Source: Myxococcota bacterium
GTDB taxonomy: Bacteria; Myxococcota_A; UBA9160; UBA6930
DNA: 64,000 nucleotides
Direction of reading: 5' to 3'
Assembly: GCA_965223705.1 (NCBI GenBank)
Contig: OZ245015.1
Coordinates: 2,528,001 to 2,592,000, forward strand
Shown here one piece after another: positions 38,130 to 47,680 of the stretch. A program made the position numbers and the translations under genes. How positions within the stretch are numbered: the first letter of the stretch is position 1; each line of letters opens with the position of its first letter. Below the pieces are notes generated by a model. The model made no database searches and had not been told where the DNA came from. It saw only the letters and a list, made by a program, of their open reading frames with translations.

Positions 38130-40661
38130 CTACTCGAGGCGCGTGGTATCGCGTCGCAAGCGGCTTCCTCCGCTCTGGAAGGGACGGACCGTATCGTCCC
38201 CCAACCCGATCAACCGGTAGGAAAGGTTGAAGTCGAATCCCCGGGAGCGGTTGTCTTCGGCTTCGAGCCGCACCGCCCAGCAGCGGCACTTCGACAGGTA
38301 TTCCAATCCGAAGCGGTTCGAGAGCGAGAGATTTTGCTCGAAGGAGTAGGCGCCGTTGTAGGTCACGGCCCAATTTCGTGTGATCGCGACTCGGGAATAG
38401 AGGCTTACCTGATTCACCCGAGTGAAATTGTCTTCAAACTCGTCGAACCGCTCGTCGTCGAAACGGAACGCCTCGAAGAACGGCGGAATGTCGCGCAAGA
38501 ACCGGTAGTGCACCGAGAGATCGTGACCGGCCTCGTGGGACCAGCCCAACCGGAAGAGGCCCTCGCTTACCCGCTGCTCGCCCAAGTCGTAGCCGAAGTT
38601 GAAGCGCGAGCTGAAGCCGCCGCCGGGGTAGACCGTCCCGTCGATGAGCGCCGATCCGAACTCGTCCTCGGACAGGTCGTATTGCGTCGATAACGAGAGG
38701 TCGGCGAGCAGGCGCGCCACACCGTCGTCCTCGGTATCCGCGTAGAGGCGATTTCCAACGCCTACGGTGAGTGCGTTGAGACTGTCGATCCGGTCGGAAG
38801 GATCTCGCGTGATGTTGTAGAGCTCGAGCTGACGGATGCGATCCTGCAGAACGCTTCCGGCCGGCGAGAACAAGGGGTTGTTGCTCTGCGAGACACTACT
38901 CACGCCGGTGTAGGCGATTCTCGGCTCGACGAGATGCAGGGTGGGCGTGTCCGAGAAAGGCAACTCGAGCACCCGCCGCAAGCGCGTTCGCACATCGAGC
39001 TGACCGGTGATCAGGTGGCGCGCATCGTCGCTCTTCTCGCGCGTGTGATAGAACGTTCCGTGGTAGCCGAGCTCCGGTGTGACCTCGACGAGATCTGCGA
39101 GTCGCACGGGGTAGGACAACCGCGGATTCACCCGCAACCGATGCCCGCGATCCGCAAGGGGTTCGCCTTCCTGGAAGCGCCCGTCCCCCTCCGGCCCCAA
39201 CGGGAAGTCGTCGCCGTTGTTGTCCGCCCCATCGAACAATCCCATGCCGTTTCGCTCTTCGGCCGTCGGTATCCCGTCGATGCCGGTGTCGATGAATTGA
39301 TCATCGACCGCGACCATCCCGCGCAGCGCCTCTTCGGCTCGCTGCCGGGACCAAAAGTGCGCGTAGTCGACGTCAACGGCGGCGAGGAGACCATCGAGGA
39401 GAGGGTGAACGGGAAGCTGTGGCGTCGACAGCGCGACGTTGGGCGCGCGCTGAAGCAAGAAGCGATCGCGATCGAGGTCGTCCGGATTCTGCTGATCGTC
39501 GGCGAACCACACCCCCCCGTGGACCGAAATGCGATCGTGCTCGCCGAAGTGCCTCTCGACAAACACGCGCGACTCCAGGAACCGGTCGTTTTGGTAGTCG
39601 GAGAACTCTTTGAAATCGAAGGAGTAGAGGTTGTCCGAGAACAAGCGCGCGTCGACCTTGAGCCGCCAGTCCCAGGGGAGATCCTGATCGTGGGCCCAGT
39701 CGATTCCCCACCGGTTGCGATCGAACGGCGTGGAGGGATCGTCTTCGTCGGTATCGGTATCGCGGATGTAGGAGAGGAACAGATCCGAACGCCCGCGTTC
39801 ACCGAACACGTGCTCGACCTCGAGTTTGTGCATGAACCCGCGCTTCGCGAGCCAGCTTGGCGTGTACGTGACGTTCAGGTCGTCGCGAGCCGCCCAGAAC
39901 AGCGGCAAGCCGAAATCGCCTCCGCTTCGGCTCGAGGAATTGATTTCGGGGAACAGCAAGCCCGTCTGCCGTTCCGTCTTGAGCGGGTAGATCATCCACG
40001 GCAACCAAAGGACCGGAACGCCGAGGATCTCGAAGGTCGTGTTCCGCGCGGTGCCGTATCCACCGACTTCGAGGTCGGCGCGCTGTGCGCGGATCTGCCA
40101 GGGTTGCCGCGATTCCTCGGGACAGCGGCAGGAGGTGAACGTCCCGTCCTCAAACGTGTACCGATCTTCGCCGATGCGGCGGACCTCTTTCCCCGTCATC
40201 TGCAGCTCGGAATCTCGCGCGTCGAGCCGCCCGTCGAGCACGAGCCCTTCGAAGGTGTCCACGTCGAACTGCACGGAATCCGCGAAGAGCGTGTCACCGC
40301 CGTCGACGACAACGACGTTCCCGACCGCTACGCCGCGACGGGTCGTGTTGTTGAACGTCATCCAGTCGGCCGTCAGCGATCGGTTCGGGTGCGTGATGCG
40401 GACGTTGCCCCGCGCGACATAGAGATCGCGCTTGCGGTCGTACTCGACCGAATCCGCGGTCAGATCGAAGGGTTCGTCGGTGTCGACGTGTTGCGCCGCG
40501 GCGGGAGCGCTAGCCGCGAGAACGCCCGTGAGAACGAGACCGGCCAAAACCGAGGCCACACATCGCCACGCAGCTCGCAGGGAGCTCCCCGGATTGCGCC
40601 AGAGGGTTCGTATGCGCCCGCCGCATACCGGCGCGCGACGAGAAGTTTCGCGGCGTTTCAT
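38130..40661 (-). CDS. lptD: LPS assembly protein LptD
   Basis: OstA-like N-domain (ADSVEYD..YVARGNV), FTSCRC...PWQIRA, GVPVLWLP, ERQTGLLFP, HLVEP, C-terminal CRCW barrel strands. Confidence 0.92.
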   Translation of the reverse strand: MKRRETSRRAPVCGGRIRTLWRNPGSSLRAAWRCVASVLAGLVLTGVLAASAPAAAQHVDTDEPFDLTADSVEYDRKRDLYVARGNVRITHPNRSLTADWMTFNNTTRRGVAVGNVVVVDGGDTLFADSVQFDVDTFEGLVLDGRLDARDSELQMTGKEVRRIGEDRYTFEDGTFTSCRCPEESRQPWQIRAQRADLEVGGYGTARNTTFEILGVPVLWLPWMIYPLKTERQTGLLFPEINSSSRSGGDFGLPLFWAARDDLNVTYTPSWLAKRGFMHKLEVEHVFGERGRSDLFLSYIRDTDTDEDDPSTPFDRNRWGIDWAHDQDLPWDWRLKVDARLFSDNLYSFDFKEFSDYQNDRFLESRVFVERHFGEHDRISVHGGVWFADDQQNPDDLDRDRFLLQRAPNVALSTPQLPVHPLLDGLLAAVDVDYAHFWSRQRAEEALRGMVAVDDQFIDTGIDGIPTAEERNGMGLFDGADNNGDDFPLGPEGDGRFQEGEPLADRGHRLRVNPRLSYPVRLADLVEVTPELGYHGTFYHTREKSDDARHLITGQLDVRTRLRRVLELPFSDTPTLHLVEPRIAYTGVSSVSQSNNPLFSPAGSVLQDRIRQLELYNITRDPSDRIDSLNALTVGVGNRLYADTEDDGVARLLADLSLSTQYDLSEDEFGSALIDGTVYPGGGFSSRFNFGYDLGEQRVSEGLFRLGWSHEAGHDLSVHYRFLRDIPPFFEAFRFDDERFDEFEDNFTRVNQVSLYSRVAITRNWAVTYNGAYSFEQNLSLSNRFGLEYLSKCRCWAVRLEAEDNRSRGFDFNLSYRLIGLGDDTVRPFQSGGSRLRRDTTRLE

Positions 40662-40753
40662 GGTCGAGAACCGCGGGCACACTACCCCACCGGTTCGAGT
40701 AATCGCAAGTGGATCGGAGAGTTACGCCGCGACCTGCCACTTGCCGCGAAGAA

Positions 40754-41365
40754 CTAGGCCCCGTCGCGAAGCGCTTCGAGGGCCGCCAGGTCGGGAATGA
40801 TCAGATCGTCTTCTGCCAAGTAGAGGAGCTTGCGGTCGAAGAGCGCCGCCAGCGCGCGATGAGCCGCGGGGAGATCGACGCCGCAGGCACCGGCGAGCTC
40901 GCGCAGGTTCGTGTGCGCGCGCGGCGGATCCTGCCGCGGGTCGACCTGCAGGGCCAGCTGACCGACGAGTTGACGGATGACCTCGGTGTCGGCCGGCGGG
41001 TGGTGCAATGGCTGTGCGATTCGCTCGGCGAGTGCGCGCATCATCCCCGCCGCCACCTCGGGCGCCTCGCGCAACATGGTGTCGAGATCGTCAGCGCCGA
41101 GGCGCACGAGCTCGCTCCCACGCGTCGCGATGGCCGTACCCACGCTTTCGGTGGTCCCGAGCAGGACCTGCTCCCCAAAAACCGCTCCCCGATGGAGTCG
41201 CTTCGGTCTTCCGAGAATGCGAAGCTCGATCTCGCCCGTGCGGACTAAGTAGGCGTATTCGCAGGGCTCTCCCTCTCGGCAGATAACGTCACCGGGGGCG
41301 AAGCGGCAGAGGTGGGACGCGATCGCCGCGAGGGCGCTAGGACTGCGTGCCTCGGTGTGCACCAT
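40754..41365 (-). CDS. Crp/Fnr-like cNMP-binding protein with C-terminal HTH-like segment
   Basis: FAPGDVICREGE..YLVRTG, FGE, TNLRELAGACG. Confidence 0.75.
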   Translation of the reverse strand: MVHTEARSPSALAAIASHLCRFAPGDVICREGEPCEYAYLVRTGEIELRILGRPKRLHRGAVFGEQVLLGTTESVGTAIATRGSELVRLGADDLDTMLREAPEVAAGMMRALAERIAQPLHHPPADTEVIRQLVGQLALQVDPRQDPPRAHTNLRELAGACGVDLPAAHRALAALFDRKLLYLAEDDLIIPDLAALEALRDGA

Positions 41366-41419
41366 TCCGTGAGTTTTCGTCCGATAGGAAGGCGCCCTTG
41401 AGACTGCGTGCAAAACGCA

Positions 41420-41908
41420 TCATCGAACCGCCGCCAGGGACTCGACCAGCTCGTCCCACGAGACGACGCCGAAGTGGACAGAATCGATACGGCCCTCGCC
41501 GTCGATGACGAAGAGCGCGGGAAAGCCGAGCGCCCCGTAGCGCTGGGCGAGGGCCTCGTCGCCGAGGAGGATCGGGTAGGCGATCCCCTGCTCCTCGGCG
41601 AACGCCGCGACCACGTCGGGCCCCTCGTGGTCGACGGAGATGCCGACGAGTCGGACCCCTTCGGGCCCGTACTCCTCGAGCGCTCGGTTGAGCACCGGAA
41701 TCTGCCCCACACACGGCGCGCACCAAGTGGCCCAAAAATCGACGATCAGCGGCGCGCCGCGGAAATCCTCGAGACGGTGAACCTCGCCTTCGAGCGTCGC
41801 GAGCTCGAAGGGGGGCGCCTCTTTCGGCGGGGCCGTCCAGGACGCGGGCTCTTCGCCACATCCCAGCGCGGCCAGGGACACGGCCAGTAGCAGGACCCCC
41901 GGCCTCAA
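41420..41908 (-). CDS. TlpA-family thiol-disulfide oxidoreductase lipoprotein
   Basis: Lipobox LAALGC, DFWATWCAPC, GFP; coupled to ccdA. Confidence 0.92.
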   Translation of the reverse strand: MRPGVLLLAVSLAALGCGEEPASWTAPPKEAPPFELATLEGEVHRLEDFRGAPLIVDFWATWCAPCVGQIPVLNRALEEYGPEGVRLVGISVDHEGPDVVAAFAEEQGIAYPILLGDEALAQRYGALGFPALFVIDGEGRIDSVHFGVVSWDELVESLAAVR

Positions 41909-42687
41909 AGGAGCGCGCTTTCCGCGGCCTCGACCAACCGGTTCATGAACGAGAAGTAGCTGTTCAGCGCCGTGAGCCGGTTCGTCAGCACCAGGAAGCC
42001 GACTCCGACGAGAAGACATCCGGCGACGACTTCCACGACTCGAAAGTGCGGGCGGATCCGCTCGAACCATCGCAGGAAGAGATCGAGGCTGTAGCCCGCG
42101 AGAAAGAACGGGATGCCCAAACCCGCTGAGTAGACGGCTAGGAGCAGCATCCCCTGGTAGACCGTGTCGCGTCCTCCGGCGACGGTCAGGATGCCCCCGA
42201 GAATCGGACCGACACACGGCGACCAGCCGAACGCGAAAGCGGCGCCCACGAGAAACGTGCCGAAGAAGCTCTTCGGCTTGAATTGCTGTCCGAAGCGAGC
42301 GTCTCGGTACAACCACGCGATCGGCAGCCAACCGACGAGATGAAGTCCCATCAGGATGATGATGAGACCGGCGATCTGAACGGCGGAGATCGAGACGCCG
42401 AGAACCGTGACGCGCCAGGTGGCGAGGACGTGCCCGACCGCCGTGGCTGAGGCTCCCAGCGCGATGAAGATGACCGAGAACCCCAGGACGAATCCCAAGC
42501 AGCCGAGCAGCACACGCCGTCGATCGACCGAGGGGGCATCGGGCCCTTCTTTCAGATCGTCGACCGACAAGCCGGAGATCAGCGACAAGTACGCCGGCAT
42601 GAGCGGCATCACGCAGGGCGACAGGACGGAGAGTATGCCGGCGACGAGCGCGCCGAAGAGACTCGCTAGCGAGAGGGGATCATCCAT
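41905..42687 (-). CDS. ccdA: Cytochrome c biogenesis protein CcdA
   Basis: AGILSVLSPCVMPLMPAY, AFAFGWSPCVGPILG, YSAGLGIPF. Confidence 0.93.
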   Translation of the reverse strand: MDDPLSLASLFGALVAGILSVLSPCVMPLMPAYLSLISGLSVDDLKEGPDAPSVDRRRVLLGCLGFVLGFSVIFIALGASATAVGHVLATWRVTVLGVSISAVQIAGLIIILMGLHLVGWLPIAWLYRDARFGQQFKPKSFFGTFLVGAAFAFGWSPCVGPILGGILTVAGGRDTVYQGMLLLAVYSAGLGIPFFLAGYSLDLFLRWFERIRPHFRVVEVVAGCLLVGVGFLVLTNRLTALNSYFSFMNRLVEAAESALL

Positions 42688-42770
42688 GGCGATGTGGGTA
42701 CGAGGCTAGCGCGCGTCGGGTTATGGAGCGCGGGCTCGGAGGAAGACCTCCGAGCCCGCGACAGCGCAGC

Positions 42771-43184
42771 CTAAAAGGTCTCGGACTCGAAGGTGTCGGC
42801 GCGATAGCCGCCGCTCGCCTGGCCGAGTTCCTGCTCGATCTGCATGTGCTCCGGCGATTTGCCGATGAACACCAGCGACTGCTCCCGGCGGATGTGCGCC
42901 GGCGTGACGACATAGTCACCGAGCAATGCGGCGTTGATGATCGGGCCGGACACTTCTTGGTCGCCTCCCGATGCGGCCCACGCCAGACCTGCGACGACGC
43001 TCCCGCCCGCCGCGTAGAGCAGCTTGGCAGGCGCGTACACGAGCGATGCAACTCCGGAGCCGACCCCGATGCCCACATCCCGAGCGTATTCGTTCGCCGA
43101 CGCCTGGATCGGCAACCCGCAGAGCGCCACGACGGCCAGTCCGGCCGCCAAGCGCCGGCCGTAACCCATTGCGTTTCGTTTCAC
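42771..43184 (-). CDS. Hypothetical exported/membrane protein
   Basis: Signal-like N-terminus, Gly/Ala-rich helices (SLVYAPAKLLYA..G), GAGGG RBS. Confidence 0.7.
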   Translation of the reverse strand: MKRNAMGYGRRLAAGLAVVALCGLPIQASANEYARDVGIGVGSGVASLVYAPAKLLYAAGGSVVAGLAWAASGGDQEVSGPIINAALLGDYVVTPAHIRREQSLVFIGKSPEHMQIEQELGQASGGYRADTFESETF

Positions 43185-43333
43185 GTTGTCCCTCTCTGCC
43201 GCGGGCGGATTGCTCCGGCATTCCCACGACGTGTTTTCGAGTCGAGTGGGCGTCACGAGTGTGACGACGCTTTCGATTCGATTCCCCCGCAGAAGAATGT
43301 CGGAATAAAGAACCGAGAGGTCAAGGCAGTCGC

Positions 43334-43783
43334 CTAGAACAAACGACGAGAATCGAGCAGCAACGTCACCGGTCCGTCGTTCACCAACGACACCTCCATC
43401 TGCGCCCGGAACTTTCCGGTGACTACCGTCACACCTTTGCGTGTCGCCCGCTCGACGACAGCGTCGACGAGAGGCGCCGCGACCTCGGGCGGCGCGGCTT
43501 CCGAAAACGAAGGCCGGCGCCCGCGCCGAGCATCACCGAGAAGCGTGAACTGGGACACCACCGTCAGCGAACCGCCGGTGTCGAGGAGCGAGCGGTTCAT
43601 CGCGCCCGCGTCGTCGGCAAAGACGCGGAGGCGAACGAGCTTGTCCGCGAGCCAATGCGCGTCGGATTCGACGTCACCCCTCGCCACACCGACGAGAGCG
43701 AGCAGACCCTCGTCTTGAGCCGCGACTTCCGCGCCGTCGACGCGAACGCGGCACTGCGAGACGCGCTGCACGACCGCCCGCAC
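43334..43783 (-). CDS. dtd: D-aminoacyl-tRNA deacylase
   Basis: RAVVQRV, SQFTL, GRRPSF, NDGPVT. Confidence 0.96.
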   Translation of the reverse strand: MRAVVQRVSQCRVRVDGAEVAAQDEGLLALVGVARGDVESDAHWLADKLVRLRVFADDAGAMNRSLLDTGGSLTVVSQFTLLGDARRGRRPSFSEAAPPEVAAPLVDAVVERATRKGVTVVTGKFRAQMEVSLVNDGPVTLLLDSRRLF

Positions 43784-43785
43784 GG

Positions 43786-44298
43786 TCAGATTTCCTCTTG
43801 GCTCCAAAAGCGACCGCGGTACGCCGCCTCGCCTTCCGTCCGCAGCACGACGAGTTGACAGATGCGCACCCCGGCGTGGATCTCGAGGGGGTGGCCGGCG
43901 ACATTGCTCATCTCGAGAACCTGGCGATTCCGCACGCCCGGCTGCACGAACGCAGAGGTCACGTGAATCATCAGACCCAGCCTTGCAAACCGGCTACGCC
44001 CTTCGAGAAATCCGCACAGTGACGGGGCCAGGCGAACCACCTCCCGCGTGATTCCGTGGATCGTTTCGCCGGGTGACAGGATGTACGGGCGATCGAGGGG
44101 ATGGCGCCTCGTGTGGTCGCGAAAGTCGGTGGCGTCGAGTATCGGGATGGTTTCCGATGCCGGTGCCAGGATGCGGATTTCATCGCCCAGCGTGAGATCG
44201 ATCGACGCGGGGCCGACCTGGTCGGGCTCAAGGGGCGAGATCGCGATGCGACCCGCCTCGATCTCGGCGCGGAGAACGTCTCGAGTCAGCACCCCCAT
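43786..44298 (-). CDS. dcd: dCTP deaminase
   Basis: QVGPASIDLTL, EGRSRFARLGL, LEMSN, RICQL. Confidence 0.9.
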   Translation of the reverse strand: MGVLTRDVLRAEIEAGRIAISPLEPDQVGPASIDLTLGDEIRILAPASETIPILDATDFRDHTRRHPLDRPYILSPGETIHGITREVVRLAPSLCGFLEGRSRFARLGLMIHVTSAFVQPGVRNRQVLEMSNVAGHPLEIHAGVRICQLVVLRTEGEAAYRGRFWSQEEI

Positions 44299-44334
44299 GC
44301 GCGGCCGATGTTACCGTACGCGTCCGATACCGAA

Positions 44335-45123
44335 ATGAACGCCGCTCCGAGACATCCCTTTTTTCGACGTCGACACGCCGCGCGTTTGCTGGTCCTCGGA
44401 CATCGCGGGACCGGCGAGGGTCTGCGCGAGAACACGTTGCCGGCATTTCGAGAGGCGGTCGAACTCGGTGCCGATATCGTCGAGACCGATTTGCATGTCA
44501 CGCGCGACGGCGTGCCGGTGTTGTGTCACGACCCGGATATCGCACGCACCACGAACGGACGCGGACTCATCGCCGGACTCACGCTCGCCGAACTCGAGCG
44601 CTTCGAGACCCACGGCCCGAGAAGCGGCACGCCGAGCCGGATCCCGACGCTGGCCGAGGCTCTCGACGCCCTGCCCGACGCGCGCTGGAACATCGAGATC
44701 AAAGATCACCATCCGGAGGCCGCGAAACGCGTGCTCGGCTTCGTCGAGCCGCATGCCGAGCGCGTGCTCCTCACGGCGGGAGACGATGCAATCATGAACC
44801 GCCTTCGACAGGCGATCGCCGAAGCGGGTGTGGGCGTGGCCCAGGGCGCCTGCCAGAGCGATGTGATGGCGTTCTTGCGGGCCACGCGGTCGGGTGAAGG
44901 AGAAATTCCCGAGGCCCCGATGGCGCTGCAGATTCCCGAGGCGTTTCGGGGAATCACGCTCGTCGATCCCGACCTCGTGACCTTCGCACACGAACGAGGC
45001 GTCGAAGTTCACGTTTGGACGGTCAACGAGCCCGACGCGATTCGGCGACTTCGCGACCTCGGGGTCGATGGCATCGTGACCGACGTGCCCGCCGTGGCGC
45101 GCGGGATCGCCGATGAACGCTGA
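44335..45123 (+). CDS. Glycerophosphodiester phosphodiesterase
   Basis: HRG...ENTLPAF, ETDLHVTRDG..VLCHD, NIEIK, VWTVN, GIVTD. Confidence 0.94.
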   Translation: MNAAPRHPFFRRRHAARLLVLGHRGTGEGLRENTLPAFREAVELGADIVETDLHVTRDGVPVLCHDPDIARTTNGRGLIAGLTLAELERFETHGPRSGTPSRIPTLAEALDALPDARWNIEIKDHHPEAAKRVLGFVEPHAERVLLTAGDDAIMNRLRQAIAEAGVGVAQGACQSDVMAFLRATRSGEGEIPEAPMALQIPEAFRGITLVDPDLVTFAHERGVEVHVWTVNEPDAIRRLRDLGVDGIVTDVPAVARGIADER

Positions 45124-45649
45124 AGCGTCGGCCCTCGTAACGCGCCATTTCGAGTTGCTGGTTGCACCCGCTCGCGGCCCGGTCCTCGATCTCGCGTGCG
45201 GGCGCGGTCGGCACGCAGCCCCGCTTGCGGAAGCCGGGGCTCGCGTTATCGCGCTGGATCGCAGCGCCGACCACCTCGCCGAGCTGGCGGCCCGCGTTGC
45301 CGGCTCTGCCGCGGCCGGCCTCCTCCGGGTCCGCGCCGACCTCGAAGCGAACGACCGGATTCCCCTCCGAGACGGCAGCTGCGGATCGGTGCTGGTCTTT
45401 CGGTATCTGCATCGCCCGCTGTGCGGAGAGATCTCCCGCGTACTGCGACCGGGGGGGCTGCTCCTTTACGAGACCTTCACCACCGGGCAACGCGCCTTCG
45501 GCGGCGGCCCGCGAAGGCCCGAGTTCCTCCTCGAACCCGGAGAGCTCCCCGAACTGTTTCCGGGGCTCTCCACGGTTTTTTACGACGAGCGCGTCGATGG
45601 TGAAGCGGAAACCGCGCTCGCGTCGCTCGTCGCGGAAAAGCCCGGCTGA
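45113..45649 (+). CDS. Class I SAM-dependent methyltransferase
   Basis: VLDLACGRGRH, FRYLHR, LRPGGLLLYETF, FLLEPGEL. Confidence 0.9.
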   Translation: MNAEASALVTRHFELLVAPARGPVLDLACGRGRHAAPLAEAGARVIALDRSADHLAELAARVAGSAAAGLLRVRADLEANDRIPLRDGSCGSVLVFRYLHRPLCGEISRVLRPGGLLLYETFTTGQRAFGGGPRRPEFLLEPGELPELFPGLSTVFYDERVDGEAETALASLVAEKPG

Positions 45650-46686
45650 GACAAGGCCCAGCGTGCGTGCTCGGCGACGAGCGGGTCGTCACTCTCCGCG
45701 TGCACTTCGAGAAGCGGACGTAGCCGCGGATCGGCGGAGTTGCCGGCGGCGACCAGCGCGTTGCGGATGAGCCCTCGCCACTTGCTTCGCCGCAAGGCGG
45801 TTTTCTTCGTCACCGCGCGCCAGGCGGCCTCGTCGAGCTCGAGGATCCAGCGCAAGGTGGGATGCTCCCAGTCTTCACGCAATGTGAGGCGCCGCCTGAG
45901 ACCTCCCCGATCCGGTGGCACCCGGCGGCGAGAGCGGCGGTTCCACGGACAGACCTCCTGGCACGCGTCACAACCGAAGACCCAGTCCTCGTGTTTGGCG
46001 CGCAGTGCGTCCGGAATCGACCCCCGCTGCTCGATCGTCTGATAGGAGATACAAGCGCGCGCATCCATGACGTAGGGCTCGGGAAACGCGTCCGTCGGAC
46101 ACGCGTCGAGGCACGCCCGGCAGCTTCCGCAGTGGTCGGACATCGGTTCGTCCGGTGGGATCGGCAAATCGGTGAGGAGACAGCCGAGAAACATGTAGGA
46201 ACCGAGCGTGGGATCGATGATGCAGGTGTTTCGACCGACCCAGCCGATACCGGCGCGAGCGGCGAGTGTCCGCTCGAGGAGCGGCCCGGTATCGACGTAG
46301 GCGCGCCAACCGAAGGCCCGGCCCAACCGGGCTTCGAGCGCCGTCGCGACCGCGGCAATCGCGTCGCGCATGACATCGTGGTAGTCGTCGCCACCCGCGT
46401 AACGCGCGATCCGCCCCCGGGGCTCGTCACTCCCAGGATTTGAGGGCTCCTCGTGGTCGTACACGAGCCCGAAGCAAATGATGCTTTTCAGATTCGGGAA
46501 CAACCGGCGCGGATCCATGCGCTCGTCGGCTCGCCGCCCGAGGTAGTGCATGTCGGCCGCGTAACCGCTCGCAAGCCAGTCCCCGAGGAACGCCGTGTCC
46601 GGCCCTGGATCGGGCGCCGCGACACCGACGCGGTCAAAGCCCAGGGCCTCCGCAAGCTCGACGATGTGCTCTCGTGCTTCCTTCAC
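45580..46686 (-). CDS. queG: Epoxyqueuosine reductase
   Basis: IARYA..DYH, VDTGPLLER, CGSCRACLDACPT, CISYQTIE, FGCDACQEVCPWN. Confidence 0.96.
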   Translation of the reverse strand: MKEAREHIVELAEALGFDRVGVAAPDPGPDTAFLGDWLASGYAADMHYLGRRADERMDPRRLFPNLKSIICFGLVYDHEEPSNPGSDEPRGRIARYAGGDDYHDVMRDAIAAVATALEARLGRAFGWRAYVDTGPLLERTLAARAGIGWVGRNTCIIDPTLGSYMFLGCLLTDLPIPPDEPMSDHCGSCRACLDACPTDAFPEPYVMDARACISYQTIEQRGSIPDALRAKHEDWVFGCDACQEVCPWNRRSRRRVPPDRGGLRRRLTLREDWEHPTLRWILELDEAAWRAVTKKTALRRSKWRGLIRNALVAAGNSADPRLRPLLEVHAESDDPLVAEHARWALSQPGFSATSDASAVSASPSTRSS

Positions 46687-47561
46687 CGGACCGCGGGCGC
46701 GGACTCGGCGTTTCGCAGGAGGGCCCCGACGGCGAGAAGCAACGTGCACGCGACGCCGTAGGTGATGAGACCGGCTGAATCGTGAAGCCAACCTTCGGTC
46801 GCCGCTTTCGAGCCCCAAGCCTCCGCGGCATAGACCGTCGACATGACGCGCGCGAGGTTCCCCGCCATCGCGAGCGGGATGACAGCGATACAGAGTGCGA
46901 GCCAGGTCCACCACCGACGGAGGGAAAAGTACGCGAGCAGGACGCCGATGGGCATCAGCGTGATCAGGGATGTCACGCCACTACACGCTTCGGCGACGAA
47001 GAGCGACTCCCCGGACGGCAGCAGCAACACGTTGCCCTCGCGGGCGAGGGCCAGGCCGAACGCGTTCGAGGTTTCGACCGCGAGCCACGAGACGAAGAGC
47101 TGAAGCTTCACGATGGTCGGGGTAATCCAGTCCGAGGGCGGCGGGATCATGAAGAGCAAGTAGCCCAGGGGAAACGCCAGAGCCCGGAGCCACTCCATCC
47201 CGCGAAACCAAGCGACGTAGGCCCAGACGCTGATACAGATGCCCAGTCCGATGAGCGCCGTCTCCGTGGCGGCCAGACCCGCCAGGTAGACCAGCAGCCC
47301 GGCGCCCAACCCGACGACGGCCGAGGGCTCGCCCGCAGCCGGCAGGCTGTGCCAACGCGGGCGCTCGCGCAGTGCAGCCCACCAGGCGACGATGGGAACG
47401 AGGAATCCGTGGGACAGGTAGTCGACCCTGAACCAGACACCCGCGAGGGCGAAAACCCCCGGCAAGAAGACGACGGCGAGGCCGATCGCCACAACCCACT
47501 CTTGTTGACTGAGCGGACGCTTCTGGAAGACCGCTGACGTCGCGTTTTCGGCACTCGCCAC
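46683..47561 (-). CDS. Exosortase/archaeosortase family protein
   Basis: YLSHGFLVP, FPLGYLLFMIP, REGN, VAEACSG, NLAR, LHD (Cys-Arg-His triad); start uncertain. Confidence 0.92.
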   Translation of the reverse strand: MASAENATSAVFQKRPLSQQEWVVAIGLAVVFLPGVFALAGVWFRVDYLSHGFLVPIVAWWAALRERPRWHSLPAAGEPSAVVGLGAGLLVYLAGLAATETALIGLGICISVWAYVAWFRGMEWLRALAFPLGYLLFMIPPPSDWITPTIVKLQLFVSWLAVETSNAFGLALAREGNVLLLPSGESLFVAEACSGVTSLITLMPIGVLLAYFSLRRWWTWLALCIAVIPLAMAGNLARVMSTVYAAEAWGSKAATEGWLHDSAGLITYGVACTLLLAVGALLRNAESAPAVR

Positions 47562-47680
47562 GTCGTAGACCCTCGGCAAGTTGCCCACGCGGGTCAAGCG
47601 AGAAAACCGCCCGTCGGGGTCCGTCAGAGCGACGTGTTTCGAATTCAAGTCATACTGGAAAGATTCCGACCTAAGAAGAC

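Noticed and set aside
45580..45649. Long convergent 3' overlaps (also 31543-31577 and 49188-49249)
   Set aside because: Common in compact high-GC genomes where stop codons are rare; no evidence of function.
46683..47561. Exosortase as the anchoring enzyme for array proteins
   Set aside because: Array proteins have no C-terminal TM helix or basic tail, and the genes are 40 kb apart.
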